Assembly: GCF_009914755.1 (NCBI RefSeq)
Contig: NC_060947.1
DNA length: 64,000 nucleotides
DNA from: the human T2T-CHM13v2.0 reference genome, Homo sapiens
Reading direction: 5' to 3' (one strand)
Part shown: piece after piece, positions 29,925 to 44,511 of the stretch
How the letters are laid out: every line of letters starts with the position of its first letter
How positions within the stretch are numbered: position 1 is the first letter of the stretch
Translations under genes and position numbers: made by a program
The notes under the pieces: model-generated
Database searches by the model: none
The model's input: only the letters and a program-made list of their open reading frames with translations
Told to the model about the DNA's origin: nothing

Positions 29925-31190
29925 AGGTGGATGGTTGAAGAAACTGTGGTACATTCATACAAGGAAATACTACCTAGTGACAAAAAGGAACTATTTATCC
30001 ATGTGACTTTGTACATAGATCTCAAGAGCCTTAGGCTGAGTGAAAAAAAAAAAAAAGTCACTCAAAAAGCTACATAATGGCCAGGCACAGTGCCTCACGC
30101 CTGTAATCCCAGCACTTTGGGAGGCAGAGGTAGGCCCATCGCTTGAGCCCAGGAGTTCAAGGCCAGCCTGGACAGCATAACAAAACCCCGTTTCTACAAA
30201 AAATATAAAAATTAGCTGGGTGTGGTGGTGCATGCCTATAGTTCCAGCTACTCAGGAGGCAGAGGTGGGAGGATCACCGAAGCCCAGGAGGTCGAGACTG
30301 GTGAGCCAAGCTATGATCATGCACTGTACTCCAGCCTGGGTGACAGAGTGAGACCTTATCTCAAAAAAAAAAAAAAAAAAAAAAAAAAGCTAAAGACTAT
30401 ATGATTCTATTTATATGACATTCCGGAAAAAACGAAACTACAGGGACAGAAATCAGATCGGATGTTACCAAAGGCTGGAATAGAGGCATTGATACAAAGT
30501 GTGTGAAATGCAGAATTTTTGACCCTATGACCTTTACTACTGTTGTTATGCCCATGAATACATTATGTTACATGGCAAAATAGACTTTGGACATGTAATT
30601 AAAGTTACTAATCAGTTGACCTTAAAATAGCAATATCATCCTGGATTATCCAGGTGGGCCCAGTGGAATCACATGACCTTTTAAAAGCAGAAGTCAGAGA
30701 GGTCTGAAGTACAAGAAGGATTCAACTCACTGCTGACTTGAAGGTGGAGAAGGCCAAGTGTCCAGAAAATGGGGACCTCAGTCCTAGAGCTGCAGGGAAC
30801 AGAATCTGGCCAACAGCCTGAACGAGCTTCTAAGCAGATTTTACTCAGAGCCTCCAGAAAGGAACTCAGCCTATGCAACACTTTGATTTCAGTTTTGCGA
30901 GATCCTTAGCAGAGAGCCCCACCATACTGTCCTAACTTCTGACATACGGGAGTGTGCTACAGTAAAATGGGTGCTGCTTTCAACCACTAAGTTTGTGGTA
31001 ACTTATTATTCCAGTAACAGAAAACTAACACAAAAGGGCATGAAGGAATTTTTTTGATAGTAGAAATACTCTGTATCTTTATTATGATGATGGTTATACA
31101 ACTGAATAAGTTCGTTAAAATTCTTTGACCCATACATTTTAAAAGACTAAAGTTTACTTTATGCAAATCATACCTCAATAACCCTAAAAA
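29925..31190 (+). mobile_element. L1M 3' fragment containing an AluJ (30079-30388) and an MLT1 LTR (~30499-31032)
   Basis: L1 3'UTR motifs resume after each insert; MLT1 motifs ATCCTGGATTATCCAGGTGGGCCCA and CACTAAGTTTGTGGTAA. Confidence 0.8.
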
Positions 31191-31289
31191 AGGTAAAACT
31201 CATCAAATTGCACTTTAAATGGGTAAATGGGTAAATCTTATTGTTTGTAAACTATACTACAAATAAAATGGATTTAAAAAGAAACAACA

Positions 31290-31895
<606 letters not shown>

Positions 31896-32478
31896 GAATT
31901 AAAAGAAACAACAAAATTCTAGTTCAAGAGTGATCTATTAGAGTTTTCCCTTGCTCCCGTTTTCCCCCAGTAGAGATAATCAACCATGCATTTTTTCCTA
32001 CTATGACTGTACTTTATTATTTACTTCTATTTTTCTCCCAAGACTATATTGTTATTTTGAATTATATGTGTGTTGCTAGTAGACTCCCTGAGCAGCGGGA
32101 CCATGTCTTCATCTCTGGATCATGAGTGCCTAAAATACAGTAGGTGCTATATCATTTTTATTTGATTTGCATGATTGTACATGAATATATCTAAAACTTT
32201 CTAAATGTGTCTTTCAAAATTTTTCTGGCTGGATCTCTTCCCAGTGGTAATAAATTGTATATATTTATTACTGCATAAAGCATTGCTATTTTAAAATTCA
32301 AAACCACTTCCTTAAACGTCAAGGGAATCACAACCAATTTTTAGTATTCTTGAATATAGTGAAATTGCTCATGTGTACATCACCTCTTACACTTCATTTG
32401 TAGATTTTTATGGCATATCCCTTTTAGATCATTTTTTTTCTAAAAAGGAATCCAGCTTGAAATGCTATTTCAACAATA

Positions 32479-32838
32479 CAGATGGTCCCTGACTTATGAT
32501 TGTTTGACACAGGATTTTTCAACTGTACGATGGTGCAAAAGAGATACACAGACAATAGAAACTGTACTTTGAGTACCCATACAACCATTTTATCTTTCAT
32601 TTTCAATACAGTATTCAATAAATTACATGAGATATTAAACAGTTTATGATAAAATAGGGTTTGTGTTACATCAGCCCAAATATGCTGATGTAAGTGTTCT
32701 GGGCACATTTAAGGTTGGCTAGGCCAAGCTAGGATATTCAGTAAGTTAGGTGTATTACATGAATTTTCAACTCACAATATTTTTAACTTATGACAGGTTT
32801 ATCAGGATGTAACCCCATCAAAAGTCGAGGAGCATCTG
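32479..32838 (-). mobile_element. MER47-like Tigger/mariner MITE
   Basis: TIRs CAGATGGTCCCTGACTT / AAGTCGAGGAGCATCTG; preceded by TA. Confidence 0.85.
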
Positions 32839-32931
32839 TTTATATTTCCATTTATATCATAAATATTTACACTTTTATTTGTCAATTATACCTTAATAAA
32901 GCTGGGGGGAAATATATATGTCCATCACAGG

Positions 32932-33073
32932 TAGGATTGCCAAGTAAAATACATTATGCCCCATTAAATTTGAATTTCAGATAAACAACAAACAATTTTT
33001 AGTATAAGTGTGTTCTGTGCAATATTTAACTGAGCATCCTTTGTTGGGAGGGTGGCTGACTCTGGCAATCCTA
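32932..33073. mobile_element. MER53-like hAT MITE, internally deleted
   Basis: TIRs AGGATTGCCA / TGGCAATCCT; TTAAATTTGAATTTCAGATAAACAAC core. Confidence 0.7.
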
Positions 33074-33967
33074 GTCGAATGGTACACATGACCAAGTTTA
33101 AGGCTAAATCAGGAAGAGATTGAAGCATCCTTCTTTAGATTGTGGTTAAGAGTGGTGAAAATAAGTTTTGATTAAACAGTAAAATGACACCAAGTAGAAA
33201 CGGGTGTTATTTATTAAGCAAGACATTGTTTTGTGTAGCAGATGCCTCATGAAAACACTCTAGCTCAGCTAGATGCTTTTTGTTAGAGACCTGGAAAAGT
33301 AGGATTGTTGCCTTGTATTACAAGGGCATTTGAAAGTTGTGTTCTATAAATTATAAAACTTGTCTGGGCCCACATTCTACCTCAACATCTGCCTACCCCA
33401 GGCTTCCTACCTCTTCAGGACGGGTGAGATGCCTCTAGTCCTTAGATAGCAAATTCTTGTCACACCTGGTGCCATTCTCCCAACCAAGGCAAATCATCCC
33501 AGCTTACAGTACAATTTATCTACTGAGCCTGAAAACAGCCTCAGAGTCTTTCTTAGCACTGTGTGTTTTTTTAAAACAGCTATTATTAATTCATTAGAAT
33601 TTGCACCAAAAATTAAACCTGTTTAGCATCACTAGTCTCACAGCTGCCATGTTATTCACTGCACAAGGGCACCTGAATTAGAGAATAAAATGGGGCAATA
33701 CCCAACTCATGCTCTGTACATCATGGTCTGGGGCTGCATTCCAAGAGTCTTTTTCTAAATCACATAAGGCACAGACTAGTATCAGCTCTGTCTGTTCTAG
33801 GGGAATAAGCAGGGGGTTACTTGGTATAATTGATAAGGGAGAGAATATTCCGAAGAAAGAGAGATGAGTTGAAGCATCTATAGTTGAAGAATGGCTTGAA
33901 CCTTGGCTTCTGAGCATGCTCAACAGTACATGCCCTTCAGTTGGAGAAACTTCAATATAACGTTAAA

Positions 33968-34253
33968 CCAGCAGGGCATGGTGGCTCACGTCTGTAATCC
34001 CAGCACTTTGGGAGGCCAAAGCAGGTGGATTGCTTGAGGCCAGGAGTTCTACATCAGCCTGGGCAACATGACGAAACCCCATCTCTACAAAAGAATATAA
34101 AAAATTACTCGGTCATTGTGGTGCATGCCTGTCATCCCAGCTACCCCGGAGGCTGTGGTGGGAAAATCACCTGAACCCGGGAAGTTGAAGCTGCAATGAG
34201 TCATGATTGTGCCACTGCACTGCAGCCTGGGCGACAGAGTGAGACCTAATCTC

Positions 34254-34302
<49 letters not shown>

Positions 34303-34345
34303 GCACACACACACACATATGTGTGTGTGCGTGTGTGTGTGTATA
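33968..34345 (+). mobile_element. AluJ with a compound (TA)n(CA)n(TG)n tail
   Basis: Alu dimer followed by a microsatellite. Confidence 0.9.
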
Positions 34346-35357
34346 AAACATTAGACCAAAAGCAGTTTTCTATTTAATGATTCATTTTTGTTGTTTGTTT
34401 AGTTATGTTCTGTATTAAAGAAATACATACATGACATCCTGATTTTCCACAATAGAGAAATTAAGTGATAAATGATTCATAGATCTATAGTTCCCCAGGT
34501 GATTCTGATGTACACAACTTAGTTGAGGCCCAGGTAGCCTAAAGAGTATGACAATTGGCCTGGGGGGAGAATCAAACTAGAACCCGTATGAACATAAATA
34601 AGACTGTTCACCTGCCCCTTACCTGTAGGTAAGGGCATCCTGACATTCACCACTCTGTAATGAGAAGCTCCTGGTAAATGGGGATGTGTGGGACTGAAGA
34701 AATTGTCAGAAATTCAAGAAATTGAGTTAGAGAAAATAGAATAGCCAAACTACAGCCCAAGGATGAGGCCACTGGAGATAAAACTGTTTAGGACATATGC
34801 TCTGGCAAGATACCAGTAACAAAATCTGGCAGCCACACAGCTCTCTGATGACGCTTACCTTTAGCCGGTTTTAATATGAAGAGTTATCATTTTATATATA
34901 GCTTATATCCCGCCTTGCTTTCCGTCCCCTTCACCGTTTCAGTTGCTCGTCTCAGGGTCTTCTCCAACTCTATTATTCCTGTCTTGTACATAGACCAGAA
35001 CTACAAAAAAGAGCCCGGATGCAGACACCTCAAGGATTTACAAAAAAAAAAAAAAAAAAATAGAATGACTGCTTACTGGTTTTTCCTCCAATTTTTCTTA
35101 ATGATGTTCAACATTTTCCTGATTATTTTGACCGAAACAATACTTGGGCAGCTGTCTTCAGGAGAGAGTCTATAAAGGACTCTTGGCACCCTTTCCAGGG
35201 ATGACAACTCAGAACTTGTCATTTTAACATATGCTTGAAGAAATCAAGAAGTAAGGAGATTTTAGGGGTGGAAATATAGATGTGATTTGAAAAGCCAATA
35301 TGAATAGAGATAAGTTGTTGGGATGGGCTTGTATGGTAGGAAAAAAAAAAGAGTAGA

Positions 35358-35648
35358 GGCCAGGCGCAATGGCTGACACCTGTAATCCCAGCACTTTGGG
35401 AGTCTGATGCAGGGGGATTTCTTGAGCCCAGGAGTTCAAGACAAGCCTGGACAACATAATAAAACCCCCTCTAAAACTAGCTGGGCATGGTGGCACTTGC
35501 CTGTAGTCCGACATATTTAGTAGGCTGAGGCAGGAGGATCGCTTGAGACAAAGAAATTTGATGTTATGGTGAGCTATGGTTGTGCCATTGCACTCCAGCC
35601 TGGGCAACAGAAAGAGACCCTGTCTCAAAAAAAAAAAAAAAAAAAAAA
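35358..35648 (+). mobile_element. AluJ
   Basis: Alu dimer. Confidence 0.9.
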
Positions 35649-37088
35649 GCAATGGGTAAAGATGTATAACTGCCTGGGGAGTAATTCTGTCTAGCTAGAA
35701 TATAATGTGAATAAAGTCATGATGGATGCTGGGGTTATAAATGTGGGTTGGGACCAATGTACTCATGTACTTTCTCTTCAAAGATAATTTGTGAAAATGA
35801 TAATTTAGACCAATCTCAAGGCTAATTTTAAGAAGATTCTGCCATTAACAGTTAAAATATCTCTAAAATGGCATAATAGAATCTGTTCTATTTTCCTCAC
35901 CAGAATACTGTGATTACCAGATGGCACAAGGGGTATGGAAGACCTTGGGTAATTGACAAGTTGTCAATTACAATTACAGAGTGGTCATATTGCCTGCAAA
36001 ATTCCCCATCAGCTCCTCCCACTCATCTCTAAGCTCTTACATTACATGTCCTGCAATGCTATGTGGACTGTAATCAAAACTTTTTGGTTTAAAAACTTTC
36101 AAAGGTGGTTTTTTTTTTTTTAAATTTAAAGTTCTTTTGTCTGAGGCTCCCACTTTTGTATCTACTTTCTACTTATCCCAAACTCTAGTATAGCATGATT
36201 TTCTGTTATGGAAATCAAGCAGGTTCTCTCCATTAAGTTCTGTGCTTCTGTGTTTTCATAATCCTAATGTTTACTCTCCATTTAACCAGATTACTCAATG
36301 TATCATGAGACTATCTGGAGTCTGTAGTTTCCAGAAGCCTCTCTGGAGGATTTGTCTTGCATTTATTCTGAAGAATGCTCTGCCAGAAATAAAAAGTTGA
36401 CAGACAGCAGATTTTTAAGAGTATTGGAAGGCATAAAAATATAATGGCTAAGAGAGGAGTTGGATTGCTTCAATCTATAATCCTGGCTTTATCTCTTTCC
36501 TCTCTATAATACAGGGTCGTTTCAACTGTTGAGTTAGGTAACATATGGAAACTGCTTAGCACCAGGCATGATGTATACGGAGTGCTTAATTAGTGTTACC
36601 TATTATCATCATTGTCAACACTATATAAATAACAAAGTTGACATTTGATTTGTAAGTATTCTATATGAATATGTATGCAAAAGCATTTCAATCTAATAAG
36701 CAACCACAAGGCTAATCTTCATCTCATATGTGTAGTCAAAGTACATAGATTCATGGTTTATGCCTCAGATAATTGAAAACCCACCACTTTCATATAGGTG
36801 GCTGTTTGGAGAAAATATGTCACATTTGCATAATGCTTTATGATTAAAAAGAACCTTTTAAGCATATTTGCACTTAAGCCTTATAATAAATTATTAGAAA
36901 GATGACTGGACTTTTCCAATACTACACAATAATTGTGCAATAAAACTGATATTAGAACCTAAGTCTTGATCCTTGTATCATGAAAGGCTTCTTTATTATT
37001 TGTTAAGATCCCCTGGACCATCTTGACATCACAAAACAAGTATATGTTAGAAAAGTTTTTATTTTAAGAAAAATATCCAAAAGTTTGC

Positions 37089-37222
37089 AGCCAGACACAG
37101 TGACTCACGTCTATAATCCCAGCACTTTGGGACGTTGAGATGGGAGGATTCATTGAGCCTAGGAGTTCAAGACCAGCCTAGGCAACACGGTGGAAACCCC
37201 ATCACTATGAAAAAAGAAAAAC
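37089..37222 (+). mobile_element. FLAM / Alu left monomer
   Basis: Single left arm. Confidence 0.85.
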
Positions 37223-37740
37223 ATTTTAATTAAATAAAATAAAAATAAATAAAAGTTTGTATGGCAAATTTATAAAGAAATTTATAAGACCCAAGGTGAC
37301 CAATGGAATAGGCATAATAGAATGCCCATTCCCCTCAAAGCCTGAAAAAAATGTAGGACTTTCTTTATGACTGCCCAGATTGTAAATTTCATCATGTTTC
37401 AGGCTCTCAGACCTCAATGGTCAGAGATACTCAAGGGGAATTTTATTTAAGACTATTAAATGTAAAAAGTAGCTACAGATGGAGTACTTCTATAATTCTA
37501 CTTCATCCTTGGTGAAAGATATTTTCATTCCATGCTGAGAACTGTTCTTTTTCCATCACTCAGATTACTTTATGAGCCATTTGCTTTGCCAGTAACTACT
37601 TTTTTTCCTCTTTTAATGGAATGAAATGGACAAGGTTAAGGCTCATTATCAAATTGGAATGCAGAAGCAACATTTACCATACTTCAAATTTGCCACTGTA
37701 GAAACTGTAAAAAATATATGTATATTCTTTGTATAACATT

Positions 37741-38174
37741 ATGTATGTTAATAATATCAAAAAATAATAAAATAAAATCCCCAGAATTTTCTGCTTTCTC
37801 AAATAAATTCATTAAGTGTAAAGAACTGGTTTTTAAGATCTTCTGATTTAGACATTCAAAGTATTGAAAGGGTAGATTCCAGATTGATAACCATAAGGGT
37901 CTTTAAAGTGGCATTTTTAGGCAGGGCGTGGTGGCTCATGCCTGTAATCCCAGCATGTTGGGAGGACAAGGCGGGTGGATCTCCTAAGCTCAGGAGTTTG
38001 AGACCAACCTGGGCAACATGGAGAAACCCCGTTTCTACCAAAAATACAAAATGAGCAACATGGAGAAGCCCCATTTCTACCAAAAATACAAAAAAAAAAA
38101 AAAAATAGCCTGCCATGGTCACGTGCCTGTGGTCCCAGCTACTCAAGAGGCTGAGGTGGGACAATCGCTTGAGC
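37741..38174 (+). repeat. Inverted-repeat arm 1: copy of 39358-39764 (unique flank plus truncated Alu)
   Basis: Reverse-complement match includes ~180 bp of non-Alu sequence. Confidence 0.95.
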
Positions 38175-38234
38175 AACAGGGAATATATATATATATATAT
38201 ATTCTTTTTTACAGTTTCCGCAGTGGCAAATTTG

Positions 38235-38236
<2 letters not shown>

Positions 38237-38280
<44 letters not shown>
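38237..38280. repeat. (CA)n microsatellite
   Basis: Directly visible. Confidence 0.95.
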
Positions 38281-38281
<1 letters not shown>

Positions 38282-38550
38282 AGTTTGTTACCCACTGAAA
38301 AACTCTGAAGAGACCTTGATGCATTCAAAGCTATGAAGTTTAGTGAAATATTTAAACTCGCTAAAAACAAGCAATTGAAGCAAGATAGATCATGTTTCTT
38401 AATATTTTAATTGTCCAAAAGGTTTTGAATTCTCAGAATGTAGAGTTATTCTATCTGTACATGAATACAAAATCAGTTACCAGTCATTACATAATAAATA
38501 TATTTTATTTTTATTTCAATCCTCCTTCTTCTGTAACAAACTAAATATCA

Positions 38551-38880
<330 letters not shown>

Positions 38881-39265
38881 CAAATTTTATTTCTGGATAT
38901 GAGTAGGTGAATAGATCACACTGATAGAGAGAATGGGGAAAAAGGAATGATAATTGTGTAGCACAGCATCTATTCTAAGGTTCATATTCTATATGGAACA
39001 GGGCATACTACATCACTTTTTGTTATTTTCAAAAAATATAAAGGTACTCAAAGTTCAAGATTAATGATTTTATACTATAACACCTCAATGCACTAAAGAA
39101 ACAATTACAGAGAAATCAATATAACATTATTGGTAAGACATGCACACTGACAACTTGGCTATCTGCTTGATTGAGTATAAAAGTGTGGTGTATGTGCCTT
39201 CAAAACAGGGCCTAGATGTTTAGCATAAGAATAAAACTGCAGATACTTTTTTAAAATGCTACTTT

Positions 39266-39581
39266 ATTTATTTATTTATTGAGATGGAATCTCACTCTGT
39301 CACCCAGGCTGGAGTGCAGTGGTGCAATCTCAACTCACTGTAACCTCTGCCTCCCCAGCTCAAGCGATCCTTCCACCTCAGCCTCTTGAGTAGCTGGGAC
39401 CACAGGCATGCAACCATGCCTGGCTTTTTTTTGTTGTTGCTGTTGTTGTTTTTGTATTTTTGGCAGAAACGAGGTTTCTCCATGCTGCCCAGGCTGGTCT
39501 CAAACTCCCGAGTTTAGGAGATCCACCCGCCTTGGCCTCCCAACATGCTGGGATTACAGGCATGAGCCACCACGCCCTGCC
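39266..39581 (-). mobile_element. Full-length antisense Alu (donor of the duplicated Alu)
   Basis: TSD AAAATGC(T/C)ACTTT at ~39253-39265 and ~39584-39596. Confidence 0.93.
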
Positions 39582-39764
39582 TAAAAATGCCACTTTAAAG
39601 ACCCTTATGGTTATCAATCTGGAATCTACCCTTTCAATACTTTGAATGTCTAAATCAGAAGATCTTAAAAACTAGTTCTTTCTTTACACTTAATGAGCTT
39701 ATTTGGGAAAGCAGAAAATTCTGGGGATTTTATTTTATTATTTTTTGATATTATTAACATACAT
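39358..39764 (-). repeat. Inverted-repeat arm 2
   Basis: Reverse complement of 37741-38174. Confidence 0.95.
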
Positions 39765-39949
39765 TGTAGATAGATCTACAATGCCAATTTATAACTAAGG
39801 CAATTATCTGAGTCAGACCAAAATATCCACTCTTACCTGCATTTATGAAGTGTTTTGCTCTGCTCTTCAATGCTCAAGTTGCAGCACTGAAGTGGTGTCT
39901 CAAGTGATAATAAAATTGATGTTAAACTCTCTATATATCTTAAATAATA

Positions 39950-40291
39950 AGTCTTAGAAGCGGAACAGGAGTGATCCTCTGTTAACCACCTACTTTACTA
40001 AATGAGGAAACTCAAGCCGAGAGAGGTGAAGTGGCTTGCTGCATATCGTGAAACTAAATGTTGGCACAGCTGGAGCACAACTAGGTCTCCAGTTTTACGG
40101 TCTAGTGTACTTCTGACTTCAAGAGACTGACTCAGGCCGGGCGTGATGGTTCATGCCTGTAATCCCAGCACTTTGGGAGGCTGATGTAGGAGAATCACTT
40201 GAGCCCAGGAGTTCGAGTTCAGCCTGGGCAACATGGCAACACCCTGTCTTTATCAAAAAAAAAAAAAAAAAAGAAAGAAAGAAAGAAAAAA
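39950..40291. mobile_element. MIR (~39950-40110) followed by FLAM (40135-40291)
   Basis: MIR core ATGAGGAAACTCAAGCCGAGAGAGGTGAAGTGGCTTGC; Alu left arm with A tail. Confidence 0.8.
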
Positions 40292-40456
40292 TAAGAGACT
40301 GCCACAAGTTTTAATTGGTTGCGCCCAAAAGTATAAGATAAATTAATCAGGCAGTACATCTCCATGCATACCAACCATACGGGAGTTCATTCTCAGCAAG
40401 GCTGAAAAAAAAAAAGTATATAAAGATTTCTGTTTAATGGAACTTTCTTGCTTTTA

Positions 40457-40740
<284 letters not shown>

Positions 40741-41384
40741 TTATTATATCTGGTAGATTTTTTTGTAGATTCTTCTCTGTAGAAGATCATGTTATGTGTG
40801 AATAAGGAGAGCCTTAACTGCTTTCCTTCCAGTCTGGATGCCTTTTATTTCTTGCCTTATTACACTGAGTAGAACTTCTAGTATGATGTCGAATAGAATT
40901 GGTGAGAGCAAACCTCCTCATCTTGTTCCTGATCTTAAGAGCAACCCTTTCACTTTTTTCCCCTTTATTGATACATAATATTTGACATATTTATGGGGAA
41001 ATTGTGAGTGCTTCTTACATGCATAAAATGTGTAATGATCAAGTCAGGGTACGTGAGGTATCCATCACCTTGAGTATTTATCATTTCTATGAGTTGGTAA
41101 CATTTCATGTCCTCTTTTCTATCGAAAAGCATTCACTTTTTTAAACCATTAATGTGATATAGGCTACAAAGATTTCATGGACAACTTTGGCCAAATTGAG
41201 AAAGTTTCTTTCAATTTCTAGTATCCTGAGATACTAGACATGACATCTTTTAAAACTTTTGTAGGTTTTTGAAGGTTAAACAAAAGATGAAATAATCATC
41301 ATAAACAGAAGGACATCAATGTTTTTCCATTAAAAAGATTCCTGAGAGGGCAGATGTTATATATGAAAGAGCCTAAATAGAGTT

Positions 41385-41682
41385 CTTTTTATGAGACAGG
41401 GTCTTCCTCTGTTGCCCAAGGTGAAGGGCAATGGTGCAATCACTGCTCACCACAACCTTGACCTGCTGGGCTCAAGTGATCCTCCCACCTTAGCCTCCCA
41501 CCTTGCCTCCCAAGTAGCTGACACCACAGGCGTGCATCATCATGCCTTTTATTTTATTTCATTTTTGTAGAAACAAAGTCTTAATATATTGCCTAGGCTT
41601 GTCTTGAACTCCTGGCCTCAAGCAATCCTGCTTTAGCCTCACAAAGTCCTGGGATTATAGGTGTGAGCCACCGCACCCGGCC
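41385..41682 (-). mobile_element. AluJ
   Basis: TSD TAAATAGAGTTCTT. Confidence 0.92.
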
Positions 41683-42002
41683 TAAATAGAGTTCTTATGC
41701 ATTTCTAGAGACAGTTCAGGCACTTATTGTTGCATGTCCTTCTGCAAATGACTTCAAAAGAAGAGGGTGTAAAAATCATATTTTTAATAAAAAAGTTGAA
41801 GAAAGTACAAGAAATGTTTCAAAAGCAATAATTTTTAAAATATAATGATTTTAAAAGTGATTTCAACATCACATATGTCTGCCATAATGGAATTATAACC
41901 TTAATAGGAAGATGTCTCAAGTTTTGTAAAAAGGTTTTCTTATGACACAATAAAGCAAATACTAAAAATCAGTAATATTTCCTACAAGTTTTGGTTGCAT
42001 AC

Positions 42003-42310
<308 letters not shown>

Positions 42311-42884
42311 TGAACTTTTCGTGCATTTGTGAACCCTCTGATGGACGCATGAATTGAATGTTCATTGAAATGATCAGAACAGGTAAAGCATCTGATTTAT
42401 ATATTTTGGGAAGTGAGAGTCTTTAATTACAGGAAAAGTCCACATGAGGTCTACATACTTATTTTTCAAATTGATGTGACTCAGTGCCATAGACTCCCTC
42501 CCTCCCCCACCCATTTATACTGAGCCTTCATATTCAGAACAGCAGAAAATTGAGGCACTTAAAGTTGAAGCACTTATCTGAATGATTAAACCCAGATCAA
42601 CAAGTGAAGAGCAATTGTAACAGCACAAAAAGAGGACCAAAAAGGGGCTTTTTGTTCACTTTTTTTTTTTTGCAGAGGGGTTCAGGGCTTTAAAATAATT
42701 CATTTATGAACTGAATGGTCTTCTTCACAGAAGATCTTTCCATTCATTCAAAAAAATCTCATATGCTGAGGAGACATGCAGGAATGGGAAAAGATGAAAA
42801 CCCAGGGAATAAAAAGCAAACCTGCCTCCTAAAAATTAACCAGTCAGCTGGAATATTACATAATCAAGCATGGTTTTCTAAGGT

Positions 42885-43003
42885 TAAGGTTGCTAGATAT
42901 GGCATGAGGCATACTTGTACTAAAAAAAAATTATTTGTTGTTTATCTCAAATTCAGATTTAACTGGGCATACTGTAATTTTATTTGCTAAATCTGGCAAC
43001 CTA
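42885..43003. mobile_element. MER53-like hAT MITE, internally deleted
   Basis: TIRs AGGTTGCTAGAT / ATCTGGCAACCT. Confidence 0.7.
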
Positions 43004-44139
43004 ATAAGGTGTTATACCCTCACGTCTGTGGCATTTAAAATTCAGAGCTGGGTTTTATAATTTAACGTCCTTTAAAAAACAAAGCATTTTTACACCGCTG
43101 TGTGTAGGGGTGGGGGTGGGGGAAACTCTTTCTTCCCTGACTGTAAAAAAAATTTTTGAAACCTAACTGTTCCATGATTTTCGTAAACGTTTTGCAAAAT
43201 TTATTTACAGAAATTAGATTCTAAGTTCCTATACGATGTCAACATCAATGTAAGACAAAGTTCTAGGATTGTAAGTTTTCCAGTTATCCGTGGATGCACT
43301 ACCTTCTCAATCAGAATGTTGTATTTATTTATTAATGCCAGACTTTATGTTTCAGTGAGCTTGGAGGAAGGGGAAAAATTCAGGAACACCACTTTGCTAT
43401 TAGTCCTGGCGCAGTGAGCACAATGTAGGCTCTGTATCTGCTTAGTACTTGCTGAGCAACAGAGGGTTAACATCTTTTTCAATGTTGCCACTCAAATTGC
43501 TGCTTACCATCTAAAGTACAGGGTACAGAGTGGAGAGAAAGGCCACAAGGGTCATTATGCTTTGGTGGAAAAAGACGTATCATTATTTTCATTCTATACA
43601 ATGCCAACAACTCATTTATTAAAGGACAAAATTGGAAATTCTCCACTTTACTCTTGAGGACTGTTTTATTTCCACAACCTGAGGAAAAGAAAGAAGGCTT
43701 TACAAATGGATCGCTGCAATTGTCAGGACCTTTTGATGCCAACAGGCGGCCCTCATCCAATTACACTATGCTCATTGTTGAAACAATTGAATTTCATTTC
43801 TTCCTTATGTTGAGTTTAAATTTTTTTTGGATGTTGTCTAGCTGCTGCTGTAGAGTTGAAATATTTTAACATCTGGTAGCTGAGGCTTGCTTCATGAAAC
43901 CGACATATTATTTGGTCAGTCACTGAAGGAAATTAATTACATAAGGTTTCAGCCTGGAGAAATCTCTCTCTTCTGTAAAGACATATTCTATTTCATTTGT
44001 ACCACCATGTGTCGTTTATTCCTTCTTGCTGTGTATTATAGTTGTGTGCATGGTTCATCTCCCCTATTCAACCATGTAGTTTGCTCATCTTAATCTGCTC
44101 AGCCAGAATTTTATATTATACACCACAGTTTCTTTTAGT

Positions 44140-44476
44140 TTAGTTTTTTGTTTGTTTGTTTGTTGTTAATACAGACAGTCTCCCTCTCTTGCTCAGTCTG
44201 GTCTCGAACTCCTGGGTTGAAGCCATCCTGCCGCTTCGACCTTCCAAAGTGCTAGGATTACAGGGGTGAGACACCATGCCCAGTCACATCACATCATAGC
44301 TTTTGTTTTTGTTTTGTTTTGTCTTTTTTTGTAGGGGAAGTGTCATAGGTTTTCGATAAATATTTGTTGAATTTGGCCAGGCGCAGTGGCTGATGCCTGT
44401 AATACCAGCATTTGGGGAGGCCAAGTCGGGAATTTGAGACCAGCCTGGGCAACACAGTGAGACTCTGTCTCCAAAA

Positions 44477-44511
<35 letters not shown>

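Noticed and set aside
32932-33073. MER53-like MITE as a miR-1302-type hairpin source (also 42885-43003)
   Set aside because: Each copy lacks one half of the central palindrome, so the precursor hairpin cannot form.
34613-34638. Small hairpin TGCCCCTTACCT-GT-AGGTAAGGGCA with donor-like sites on both strands
   Set aside because: An ~11-bp imperfect stem is plausible by chance in 64 kb; no supporting context.
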